Positions 25,076 to 37,362 of a DNA stretch of 64,000 nt are shown piece after piece. Under the pieces are notes generated by a model. That model worked only from the letters and a program-made list of their open reading frames with translations, did not search any database and was not told where the DNA came from. The DNA lies in contig JAUCBJ010003511.1 in NCBI GenBank assembly GCA_032718475.1, positions 1 to 64,000 on the forward strand, written 5' to 3'. Position 1 is the stretch's first letter, and every line of letters begins with the position of its first letter. A program made the translations under genes and the position numbers. The DNA comes from Nemertoderma westbladi (lineage: Eukaryota; Animalia; Xenacoelomorpha).

Positions 25076-28000
25076 TTCCAAATATATAATTTTAAAATTT
25101 TAATTTGGTTAGGAAATAGCTGAGTTATGGGCATTCGAATGTTGCATGTATTTGTTTCCGCTGCAGACAATTTATTATATTTAATTAATACGCGATATTC
25201 TAGAACATTTTCTTTATATATGAATAGCTGCGTGTACTAACAGTATTTTTATTATATTTGCAATCTACTTATGAGCTACATACTGTTCCCATAACTATAG
25301 AATACATCGACTCCAGCGGAAAGCCAATATCTCAGATATTCCTTTTGATAAATTCTGAATTTATTACAAACTGTATTTACTTTCTCTGCAATGTCATCTT
25401 CCCATCGTTACCAACGAACCTCTTTATAAAGGTTAAAATTTCAACAGAGATACCTATTTAAAGCGCTTGTATGTAATGATTGAAAGCGAAAACACAAATT
25501 CTGACTCCCCCACTAAAGAGGGGGAGGTGGAACGATCTTGAGAGACAGGGAGGAGGTAACTTGAAGCACGTCGCACATCTCCATATTAGCGAGTTAATAT
25601 CTTGACACGAAAATTATCAATTAATTTATTTAATTAATTTATTAACCTAAACAAACTACGAAATTTATGGATATTGAAATACACCTTACGTAGCGGCCGT
25701 TCACAAATGATGTAACGATATTTTTGACGATATTCGACACCAATCTGTCACCAATTTTATAACCCTTTTATATTTTATAAAGTCACGTCACAAAAATAAC
25801 CTGTATGTATAGTTAATAAAAAATGTCAAATTTGAAATTTAAAGCTACTGTAGTTCTGGTACCGGTATTTACTACTACTACTACTACAGTACTACTACTA
25901 CTAGGTCGAGCGAACTCGGACAGTGGAAATGAGATCCTTCTAGGATTCCCGATTCTCTATAGTTGTCGCAATTTCGTTTCTCCCAAGTTCAGTATCCCTT
26001 TCAAGTTGATCTATTTATGTTATGGCCGGTCGATATATAGTAATATATTTATAATATATTATAATTAATAATATATTAATCATATCGGTAATATAATAAT
26101 CAATAGTCTTTCAGAAATTCATAAATATATTTTTTAGAAAACATTACTTACTTAACTAAATATAGAATAATAACTGGCACACAATTCAATTAAATCACAT
26201 CAATTCAACAGAATTTATACAAATAAATATTAAAAAGTAATGAATAGGGTTAGTTCACAATGATGATGCTGCAATAATTATTAGCTGAACATCTGACTTG
26301 GTTTCCTGTCACCGTTCCATATCTGTGTTACATATGAATGTAAGTATAGGAACGAACCCCCTGTGTATCCAATACAGAACCCCGAGGTTTACCTAGTCTG
26401 TAACCAATCCACTGATCGCTGTAATTAATTAACGCTAAATATATCCCTTATTATAAGGATATAAAAAGCTGAACTGGTGTTTTTGAGTGCAGAATGGAGT
26501 GCAATTGTCCAAACAGAGTTGATAGTTTAGTAACACGGACGGACGTACAATGACATAGGGTTGTCGGGTAACTTTAGGGAAACCACAACCAGCCAGTGGG
26601 ACCGAGATAATTAGAATATATTAGATAAACATATAACATTATAGTAGTTCTGAATGGGAACCAACTCCATTAATATATTGTAAACCAATATATTATTGGT
26701 TAAATAATATAACCAATGGGAACATCTGAGTAATAATTAAAACTTTATATTAGTGGATTGTCCAGGTTTGTGTCTACCAAAGGGACGTAGCAGATACACA
26801 GGTATTACTCGAATACTCACAATACAGATAATATGAGATCAATTCGACAAAAAAACGAATTAAAATGGAAACCAATTGAGGGAAATTTATATCATTTATA
26901 TGTATTTACATCTGATATAAATTAATTATTTTAGATCTAATTTTAGCGAAAATTGCGAGCTCTCCCTATGCAGAATATTAATTAAATCGTTGTTATTATT
27001 TATAATATAAATAAAGTTAGAAAATTCCCATAGTATAAATTATTACATAAACCTATTTATAATACTGGCCCTCAACATCAATACTATTAAATATTTTCGG
27101 TAACTGAATATAATATTCTGTAAGATACGGGATTGAACTGGTGTTATTCAATCAATTGATCTGATCTTCTTTTGAATACTTAGTATAGTTTGAGTTTAGA
27201 ACATCGGAACTACTGTCTGTCTGTAGGGTTGCGATTACTTTATTGGGATGTTATTTGTTAATTTGTTGATTTGTTATAATTAAGTTTTTCTTCTCTGATA
27301 TTCCAATATTACATATATAATATTCTGCTTCTGTTTTCTTATAATCCAAATGGGTTCGCGATTATTCTGTAAATATAGAAATTAAATAGGTCTGGATATA
27401 AATTTTGTATATTATTAAAACGTTTCTTTTCTGTTATTTTTTTTATACTGTATAATATTTAATTTATTTCGAATATGCACCAAACAATACCCACCACCAA
27501 CAGACGACATGTATTAATTGACGAAGTAGAAAAGGGTAGGAAATTTAAAACTAGCACTAAGATAGTGTTAAAAGGCGGGAAATTTAAAACGATTTCAACA
27601 TTGAAACTATTTCAATGCAACTAAATAGTAGGCCTACAGTAATAATTTTAAGGAGCATTTCTAACATTCTAAACGGAAAAATTTCTTCCTGTCTGAAAAC
27701 CAAAATTAATTCAAGAGGCCTTTGTGACTCAATGTAACTCACCTTAATATATCGAAGAATCAACTGCTTAAATAATTTGGATTGTTGGTCTAGTTGGAAT
27801 ATAGGATATGTTGCCGACATCTCAATGTAAAATAATAATGTGTCAGAGTTGAACTGAAGTTGTTGATTTAGAATTCAAGAGGTGATACTTGTCTGGAAAA
27901 TAGCAAAACGGAAAAATAATATTATGATTTCATATTAAAAATCCTTCCCAGCCCAGAGTAAAACTTTGAATTTTTTGCTTCAGCAACATATATTTAAATT

Positions 28001-28120
28001 CGTTGTTTGCACGAGTTAGTTAGTCGTTCGTACGAGATAGTAATTCATTCGTATGAGATTGTAAAAAGTACTTTTTCATGTCTCTTTAGGGGTTCCGTAA
28101 AAATAGATAAGCTTATCTAA

Positions 28121-28203
28121 ACAATGAATTTGGAGAGTTCAATGAATTTGGAGAGTTCAATGAATTTGGAGAGTTCAATGAATTTGGAGAGTTCAATGAA
28201 TTT
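28121..28203. repeat. 18-bp tandem repeat AATGAATTTGGAGAGTTC, about 4.5 copies
   Basis: Directly visible. Confidence 0.95.
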
Positions 28204-29058
28204 GACGAGTTCGTTTATTCTATCATGACCTACTATAGATACAGTACGAGAGTACGACCCGCCAAGCTGCTGCAAAGCCCCAAAATTTATTGGGCCAGTT
28301 ATTTCCCTTAGATAGAACCCCTGAAACAATATGTCTGGCGCGTCGAATGTACTTGTCCCTAACTAAAATTATGTCCTCTTTCAGATGAGACAAATAAAAA
28401 TCTCCAGTAGTTTGCGAGATATGAGGAGTTCCTGACATCCATACCATATCAACCCATACTATCATTTTTTTGCTTTGTTGAATTTATTATTAGTAATCGA
28501 AAGCAAGATTAGAAGCACAATTTTCATTTTTTTATCAATAGGTACTAAAAGAGCACCAAAAGTGCAAAAGCACTTTTTCAAAAGTGGTAAATTGGCCATA
28601 CAGTTTGGCTACTGAGGATTTAGAATGTGCTGATTAAATCGGGAAGGTTTATTCCTCTACCTACATCAAACATATTGAAGAGTTGTGTAATATAACAACA
28701 TAGGCATGTTGTTATATTAGTTATTAGTCAGTTATTTGTGCTCCTGGAGCACGAAAAAAACAAGTAGTTGGGATGCTGATCACGAATATGACACTGACAA
28801 ATATCCTACCTTGTTGATTACGGCTTTTTTGGATACGTGTCAATGTACGGTACGATTAATACAAGTAGCACAAATTTGATAATCAAAAATCATTACCGAA
28901 TCAACCTGATTGTATGCCATTATGGGTTTTTTGGGTTGCTGATCACGAATATATGACACACATAAATTTCGTTTTATCCAACCAAATTTGATGGACACAA
29001 ATGAGAGAGATAAGGGGGATGATAATATTGATGATGATAATATTGACAGTGTGATAGT

Positions 29059-29450
29059 ATGCATGAAGATATTAATAATGGATTAGAAAACCAACCCTTA
29101 CGAGACGAATTGGGACAGGATGTGTGTCATACACCCCCAGTGCCAGGCCAAATACAACAACCTCCTCAATCCCAAGGAAAAGGCTGGTGTGATATTGACT
29201 CGAGGAATATTATCGTAGGGACACGGAAGAGGAAGAAATAATAAAGACTGATATAACGGATTTATTATTAGAATAATCCTTTGTTTAAACGAGAAGAGTG
29301 ATGTAATGTTGGGACGGAATTACAGAACTGCAGAACTATAGATACTGAGTAAGACACTGTACATACATAGGTCTTGACTGACTAATATATAGGTGATGGG
29401 CTGGAGCCTTCTTTATTATATTATTGAACTAAGAAAGAGAATACATTTTA
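29059..29450 (+). mobile_element. 3' end of a Gypsy-type element: pol tail, polypurine tract and start of LTR
   Basis: ORF ends WCDIDSRNIIVGTRKRKK; AAACGAGAAGAGTGA followed by TGTAAT at 29302. Confidence 0.4.
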
Positions 29451-30499
29451 GTAAAGTGCGGGACGCGTATGAAAGTGAAATTCCCAACTGTCAAATTCTT
29501 TGCTAAAGTTCAGCGAATTGAGTAAAGTTAGTGGGAAAACTTTTGTTCCGTGATGTTCCTAGATATGTAGGGAAAATAAATTAGCCTTTAGTAAGCTGGT
29601 AGGTAACTTCAATGAAACAGGGGAGTAGTTTAAGTGCAGCAAAGTCATGTAAAGTGTGGGACATTTCATTGTAAAGTGCGGGACACGTGCGATTTTATCA
29701 TTTATAAACACATTAAATCGTTAATTATTACGTACGTATATGTTACGTACTGTTACTGTTACGTACATATATTTTTTGAACCCTAATGTACCTTATGGTA
29801 CAGTATAAATACGCTCATTTACTACATATTTTGCGTCTAAGCAACATATTTGATAACCCTACGTTGGGTGAGTCGGCAAGTATATTAATAATATATGAAA
29901 TATTTAATATGAAATTTGTGCGGATATTATACTTCCTGGTTCAGTTATTTACTGTATATTGCTATGTATTTTTATGTATTGTAAATATTTCTATTAGAAA
30001 TTAGTTTAAAGGTTTCAGTTTAAGTTCTTAAACATATTATATATAAAAATTCGTAGGAGATATTTAATTTATTTTATTTTGTGTTGCTCCTCAATGAGTG
30101 TAAAGAATGCTTCATTTTACATACTGTATATTTTCATTTATTTTGGTGCCAATACTAATTAAATGTCGGAATCGTTTTTGGAAATCTTTAGGGATATAAT
30201 ACGTAGGTTATATGTCACATTTGTAACTAGGGTGCGGCTTAACTACGCACAGATTGTAGGCCCTATTGTGTATTTTGTACAGTATAAATACGCTCATTTA
30301 CTATAGCCCCCACGAACATGTTGGGTATAACCAGCCATCATAAGTATATTTCTTTAGTTTAGGATTACACATTATAGAACTGATAATGAAATAATACATA
30401 CTGTATAGGTGTTTGGGTCTTTTTCCCTGGGGTGTCATTATTAAAGGTGCATGTTTGTTTAATGTTGTTTAGTTGCTACTATTGTTTTGAATAGATCTG

Positions 30500-32625
30500 G
30501 TTAGGCAATTTGCTGTCACGTATATGTAATATAAAGAAGGATAGGCCCTAAAAACTACGAACTACGCGTAGTTACAAGGGAGGGGATATTGGGCAGCACC
30601 CCACCCCGGGGTCCTGTACCGGTCCGGTACCTAGACCAGTACTACATGACCGCTGTGGTGTAGTGGGTTGCGGTTTTTTGTAGTTACTTCAGTACTTACC
30701 TAGGCCTATTTTTGTATTTTTTTATTGTAACATGTAAGTAAATATAAGCAACTGTATGTAGTCGGTGTGGTTTCTGTCCGTTTTGTTTGATTTATATCCT
30801 GAAGATGGCCCTAGTGGCAGAAATTAATTGATAATAAAGAACCAGTTTTGTTTTCTCATTTAGTCACCAGGGCTGTTAATAACTCCAAAAAGAAATCCTA
30901 TATTTCCTATATTACAATGAATGCCCTAAAATCGGCTTGCCGCGGACTGAATGTTTTCAACATACCTACCGGAGTGCGATGCGGCATCCGTAATTTATTC
31001 GTAGTCAAACAGAAGACGGTCTGACGGTTAGGATCCCACTCCAAATTCAGTACATGAAGCAATGTAAAACTCTGTCTGTAGTACCGGCCTACCTTAGGGC
31101 AGCTTATCTCAGAGGTAGTAAGAGCTATGCTGATTTAGTTTTGAACTTCATTAAGAAAATTTTGTCTAGGGATATAAATAACTACTATAAACGGGAACGG
31201 GATATGTACAGAGTGTGGGGTTATGAGTACAACTACTTTACGCAGTGGATACAGAGTAATATCTGGAACGGAACGCCGGGAGCTGACTGGGAAACCTTAT
31301 TCCAATACGTGTTACGAGGGTTGGCCCGAATTGGGAAAGCAGATAAGATGGAGCGGGGTCGCATATTGGGTCGCAAGATGGAGGATAGTACGGAGTGGAG
31401 CAGAAGACAAAGGGACGAACGTGAAATACCAAGGTGGGCAGTATGGGAGCGGGTGGTGTTTAGACCGTTGGTTAAACGCACAGCGCGGGGGGCCCGGAAG
31501 GGGGGGGGGGGGGGGGGGAGTCTACTAGTGGGAAAGCGGGTCTGGTAAATAACGTAGTGAACTTATCCTCTGTGGATATCACTGAGGAACAGAGGGAAAT
31601 TTTAAGTTTGGGATTCGGTTACGTCCCGGTAAGGGAAAGGGGTTTAACGGATTTAATCGATGCGCACACCAGTGTATCTAAATTGGGATCCAAGTTAAGA
31701 AACGTTGTGCGTAGATGGGAGCATTTAGAAGATACGATACCGGTACAGGGAGGGGAGGCACGTATATTGACGGAACGGGGGCCGGAACAACAGGAAGTGT
31801 CCTTCATTGCTATGCCGGAGAATGTGGGTTACGTTGTTCAACCAAGGAGGAGGGATAGAGATCGAGGGAGTGGGAGCGCATATATATGCGGTACCCGCGT
31901 TAGTACTTTCCGGGGAAGGGACTTGTGTGAACCGAGAAGATTATTCGTCGACCAGGGAGCGCATCATACGGAGGACGAGGGGGAGGGGGGGAGGATGGAT
32001 CAGTCGACATCCTCTCATCAACACCAAATCAACCCAGTATGGTAATGAATATAACAAACATAGGAACGGGAAATGGGAATATAGGGGATATTTCGCCTGT
32101 ATCGAGCAGATATCAACATGGAGGGAGGTTAAACTCCAACATGGGTGTAGGGATACACGGGAAGCTCCGGTATAAGCAATTAGCCATTCCATATAAACAA
32201 AGATTTGTAGTACCTAGAGGGGATAGTGTAGTCGTAGAAGAATTCATCAACGATCTATACAAAGCAGTGGAATGTTCATCACAAAAAAAGGAAACAAAGT
32301 GGTTGGAACCAAACCTTAGCGCAAACCAACTTAGGGAAATCCGTGGTTTAAAGAAGAATGGAGACATATCAATCGTCCGCGGGGATAAAACCAGGAACGT
32401 CATTATCGTGGATACTCGCGTGAAGGAAGCGGAGCTAGAGAGAATTTTAGCTGACAAATCAACTTATCGCAAACTGGAGTACGACCCAACGAGTAGATTT
32501 CGTGCCAACCTAATTAGGACTATTAAAGATATGAATATCAAAGATGAATCGTTGAAACGGTATTTGGTACCCAGACATCCGTCTGAGGGATATATGTACC
32601 CCATCTTCAAGGATTATAAAATTAT
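30500..32625 (+). mobile_element. Penelope-like element: pLTR region plus N-terminal ORF, truncated before the RT core
   Basis: VVNLSSVDITEEQREILSLGFGYVP; PNLSANQLREIRGLKKNGDISIVRGDKTRNVIIVD...ILADKSTYRKLEYDPT...YPIFKDYK; hammerhead-like core upstream. Confidence 0.85.
30792..30840 (+). ncRNA. Minimal type I hammerhead-ribozyme-like motif (degenerate)
   Basis: CTGAAGA (30799-30805), GCC-CTAGT-GGC stem II, GAAA (30820-30823), then AATAAA; position matches a PLE pLTR; stems I and III are weak. Confidence 0.55.
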
Positions 32626-33589
32626 AATTACCGAATTATAATACCATGGTTTATTTGTTGTAAGTATTTAATATTCATTACGTTATTAGTTCTCATTGTA
32701 GTGATGAAATGTAGATGAAATGTACTGTATGGAAGTTGTACATATTCCAATATTGATTATTATCAATATTTGTGAAGTTTCAACCAATATGAAAAGTTAT
32801 AAATTCAATCATGGAAATTAAAAGTAATTTTTATATGCTATTCTGTAAGTGTATTGTATTTTGCAGTATTTAACTTAATCGATGGATTTTTTTTTAAATC
32901 GAAGTTTTTGAATTGAAGTTTACAAATGTTAGAACTGCAGTGATATTTTTTGATATAATAATCTTTAATAAATTTATGTAGCGTAGGTGTGTTGGCTTTT
33001 GCTAATCAATTTATCGAAATATGTTTTGCTCTAACGCAGCAGTTTTTTCTTTTGTGAGGCTTAATTTTATTTCAAATTATTTTGTTTTATTTTCGATGAG
33101 ATACCTTAATAATACGCATCATATCTTGATAGTTTTTTTTATAAATAGAAGTTTCTTTTTTTGGAAAACTCTTAATTTGAAAATTTTTAAATTTGCATAC
33201 GTGTGTTTCTAAGTTATTTTTGTAAGTTATATTTTTTTAATTTGAAATTTTTAAATTTGCATACGTGTGTTTCTAAGTTATTTTCGTAAGTTATATTTTT
33301 TTATTTATCATATCTTGTCTAATATTTGTGGAATTTCTTATATGGTCATATACTTTTGAAAAATATATATTTTATTTTAAATAAATTTTTTTCAGAGATT
33401 TGATATCATCCATGATGTTCATCGTGATTAATCATGGAAATGACCAGAGTGAAACTTCTTCCAACCTAATGCGGGCGTAGGAAGTTTAATCCGTCTATAT
33501 GAGCCTGCATATAGAAGCGATACGTCTCACAACTTACAAATACTAGTCGTCGTTATGAAGCCTGTTCGGATTCTTATAACACTGGAACA

Positions 33590-33826
33590 CTGGAAACTAT
33601 AATTGTGTTTGGTGTGGTAGTCAGTGGGCGTTATAGAGATGTTGGAACTCAATAATTGTGTTTGGTGTGGTACTCAGTGGGCATTATAGAGATGTTGGAA
33701 CCTTATAATTTTTTTTTTGTGTGGTACTCAGTGGGTGTTATAGAGATGTTGGAACTCTATAATTGTGTTTGGTGTGGTACTCAGTGGGCGTTATAGAGAT
33801 GTTGGAACTAAATAATTGTGTTTGGT
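33590..33826. repeat. Minisatellite, about 53-bp unit, about 4.5 copies
   Basis: GGAACTCTATAATTGTGTTTGGTGTGGTACTCAGTGGGCGTTATAGAGATGTT. Confidence 0.92.
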
Positions 33827-34165
33827 TTGTGATGCTCATAGAATAGATCATTTCTGCTCATTATGCTCATTTCATAGAAATGTGCCATTTTCTGTTTTTA
33901 TAGGTTTTCAAAGGTGGTGATTAGATTACAAATTGTTTAGAATTATCTGGTGGCATATAGGTGCCACTTTTTAGCATGTGGCACATGGCATATCTGTTTA
34001 GCATGGCACAAATTATCACACACAAATTTTCAAAGCTTTTGATGCGATTATTTTGACATGTTCCATAAAAGTGGTACAATTTCCTGCAAACTTAGTAAGC
34101 TAAAGTATTTTTTCAGCATTAAGCTCTGCCACGACGTCAACGTGTTACAGGGAGACAGAGTTTGA

Positions 34166-34412
34166 CTTTTTGTTTGACCTAAGGCTGGAAGCCAAAAACC
34201 AGAATGTTGGAGTCTTATTGGATCCCAAGCCAAGTGCATACTATATGTGCTATTGGCTTTTTGTTTGACCTAATGCTGGAAGCCCAAAACCAGAATGTTG
34301 GAGTCTTATTGGATCCCAAGCCAAGTGCTTACTATATGTGCTATTGGCTTTTTGTTTCACCTATTGCTGGAAGCCTAAAACCAGAATGTTGGATTCTTAC
34401 GGGATCCCAAGC
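34166..34412. repeat. 91-bp tandem repeat, about 2.7 copies, directly 3' of the Transib ORF
   Basis: GCTGGAAGCC..AAACCAGAATGTTGGA recurs near 34184, 34275 and 34366. Confidence 0.9.
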
Positions 34413-34430
34413 TTATCAGTATACTAAATT

Positions 34431-36165
34431 TTAAAATATTTTGTCAACATCAAATGGTTTCAGAAGATGTAACACATCTTCAGGAATTGCAGTCCTTTTG
34501 ATGTTGTTGGTAACGTTACGTAGTGATGAGATATATGGGTCTGATGAACAAAGCAATCGGTTCATCAGATCACGGTTCGTATCAACCCTTGAAGATTTCC
34601 GTGAGAAACCCTCTCTGAACCTCTTGAAATCTTTGTTTCGAGCTTCCTGTGCCTCTTCACTATACATGCCTATTGGCAAGGACAAAGATTTAATTGCAAG
34701 GTGTCCATGGATTAGGACCTTATGCATTGATTGTGGCATGTAGTACCATGGAAAAAGGGTTACATAACGTCTAGCTGTTTCAAGGGCATATTCTTGAAAT
34801 TTGTCAGCATCAACATCGAATCCACAACAAAGAGAAATTAGGATGATGTGCAGTCGATCTAGGAATGATTTGTCGATGCCAAGTATTCTGGCAGAGACCT
34901 CAGCATTTTGGAATACCCTTCTTGCTGTATTTCCATCATTGGAAGTACCAGAGCCACCAGATTTGGGTTGATCTATGATTAACCCAAGTTTAGTATGAAA
35001 CTGGTCTTGGATCAGTGCTTTCTCCGTTTTCATAGTCTGCTTTGCAGTTTTACCCCTAACAGACCATACTTTAAGTGTTCTTCTGTAGGCTATATGCAGC
35101 AAGCATTCCAGAAAACGGATCCACTGATGAAGTGTGGAAAGACCATGGTGGTACATGGAGTTCTTTTCTGTGACTTTTCTCTTCAACAGAAGGTCAATTT
35201 CATTCATAAGTGAAGGTGTGGCGCCACACAAAGAACAACTTTGGCTGCTGTCAGTCATATCAGACAGCGCGGTGTGTACCTTGCCATCTATCATTGTTAC
35301 ATCAATGATGTGCATTACTGAGAGCTTAGACAGAGAGGTATCAGCAGGGATGACTTCACTACAGCTTGATTTTACATCAGCTATCTCTTTAAATAGCCTC
35401 TCTTGCTCATCGGTGATTCGCTGAGTTGTTTCTTTGGTATACTCGAAGCGAACTGGTCTACAATATAAGGTAGACGAAGGATGGTGGTTTCACCATACAA
35501 CCTTATGATGTAGGCTGCATTCTGTAAAAGCTCGGAGTTCCAGTGGAACCAAGCATGTAATAAATATGGATGAGTCATCAGCAAAGTTTGCTCCAGAACT
35601 TGGAAGCTGTTTGTATGAGGACTGTCCAGTGCTCCCATCAAAACCCACCTTGCTTCGCAACACCATTCGGCAAATATCGCCCGTATTAGTGATGATTGAG
35701 TGAATTACTTCACTACTAGTGTCACAAATACGTTTGGTGGTATGGTCAAGCAGGTTTTGCAATGGGACAGATGCCTGATAATCCTGGGAAATTATTCCTA
35801 GTGGGTAACACCTATTTTTGGCTTCCTGGACGTGATTGTATGCTGGGTAGATGTTGACACCCTTAGAACATGCTTTGTTTCTGATTATCTGGTATATTGA
35901 TTTACTTAATTTTCCATCGAGCATTAGTGCAAGAGCTTCATCATCAGAATATACTACAGATGATTCGGGCTCGGTAGAAACATGCTTGATTATTTCAGAT
36001 GTACGTTTTCTACCTTCAGCTTTCAAGGAAGCTGCAGTTGCTGCGACAAGAGCAGGAGTTTTAAATTCCGATGTTATTTCCTGTACTCGTCTGCGTTTCG
36101 TACGATTTTTAAATTTGAAAGAGCATCAAATTGAGTAATTGGGGATTTTCCCTCTAGGTTGGACC
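34431..36165 (-). pseudogene. Transib transposase (RAG1-core homologue), one in-frame TGA at 35490-35492
   Basis: RTKRRRV (NBD-like), EALALMLDGKLSKSIYQIIR, IYPAYNHVQEAKNRCYP, KVGFDGSTGQSSYKQ (first D), W*NHHPSSTLYCRPVRF, TMIDGK (second D), CSLC, GLSTLHQWIR, GTSNDGNTARR, MHKVLIHG, SEEAQEARNK (E), SRK..R...N.D...RL...SDP; the two track ORFs share one frame. Confidence 0.95.
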
Positions 36166-36384
36166 TGATATAATTATGTAGATCAATACGCAACATTTTG
36201 TTTGTACTATTTTACTTAATATTTAAATATTATATTTGTGATAAGATGTATTTATAGATTCTCATAAACTTTTAAAAAATGTGCTGTAATTTTAATTTAT
36301 AGAGTAAGAAGTGATAGCAGAGCCAGAAGTGATTGCAAAGCAAGTTAACTCAAGATTATATAAGTCAATACTTGTATTTATTAT

Positions 36385-36650
36385 ACTAATTTAAGTCACA
36401 TTGTGCAGTACATTGCATTATTCAAGTGACTGTCTGACTATGAGATATAATTATCCAACATGACAAAGAAGTATTATACTTTCCATGCTGCTGCTTATAT
36501 AAGACGATACCGGTATTTTATATACTAATTTAAAACACACTGTGCTGTGCAGTACATCGCATTATTCCAGTATCCAGTAGTGACTGTCTGACTGTGAGGT
36601 ATAATTCTCCAACATGACAATGAATCATTATACTTTCCATGCTGCTCCTT
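36385..36650. repeat. Tandem duplication of about 135-145 bp in the Transib 5' region
   Basis: TACTAATTTAA...GTGACTGTCTGACT...CCAACATGACAA...TATACTTTCCATGCTGCT occurs twice. Confidence 0.8.
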
Positions 36651-37334
36651 TATAGTGGAATTGGCAGTACAACCTACGCAATTAGCCAATCACAAAGCTC
36701 ATGCAATAACAACCTCAATATTACAGAGCCATTGAGATTGGCTAAATGAAACCAGATAAGAATAGTGAGTAGAGTAGATGATGGTGTCATGGCACTCAGA
36801 GAACCTGCAAACAGCCTAAAAGTCAAAATATCGTAAAATTCTGCTGGTCAACTTTTTTAATTTCTCATAAAAGTAGCAGATGGTAGCAGCTAATTTTTGA
36901 TGTTTTTCAACCATGAATGATCGAGTAACAAAATCTGATACAAATTTTTGCGGAGCTCAGCGGAGCTTTTTTTCCCTGGCTTCCTAAAATTTAAAATTAT
37001 CACATTTTGTAAATATTTTAGAACATTTTACAATATAAATTTTAAACTATTGCCCCTACCAACTCAACATTTTTGGAATCTACTGGAAGAGTAGAACATT
37101 TTGAAAAAAAAAAATTTTCAATTTGAATAAAATGTTTTGATTTTATTGGAAAAATATTTATTTTGTGTATAAAATGTGAAAATTGTGCAAAAAATTCTAG
37201 AATTTTGAAATTTTTGCCAAAATCAGAAAATTTTGAAATAAAAAAATTTTTTTTTTGCTTTTTTTTTAGTCAATATATATATCACCTTTAACTTGGGATG
37301 CCAAAAAAAAAAATTTGAAAACATTATTTTTTTT

Positions 37335-37362
37335 GAGTTTTGACCACCTCTGGCCCACTGTG
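37335..37362 (-). mobile_element. Transib 5' terminal inverted repeat, RSS-like
   Basis: Minus strand CACAGTG GGCCAGAGGTGG TCAAAACTC; flanked by CATTG (37363-37367), a Transib-type 5-bp target site. Confidence 0.88.

Noticed and set aside
26280-26620. Possible viral or Polinton structural gene fragment (GIYLALINYSDQWIGY)
   Set aside because: Multiple stops and no diagnostic motif
32626-34430. RAG2-like gene convergent with the RAG1-like ORF (ProtoRAG layout)
   Set aside because: No kelch or PHD ORF seen; only AT-rich DNA and tandem repeats
37315-37362. Start of the 722-aa ORF
   Set aside because: The first 16 codons are the Transib TIR read backwards; the real N-terminus was displaced by the insertion
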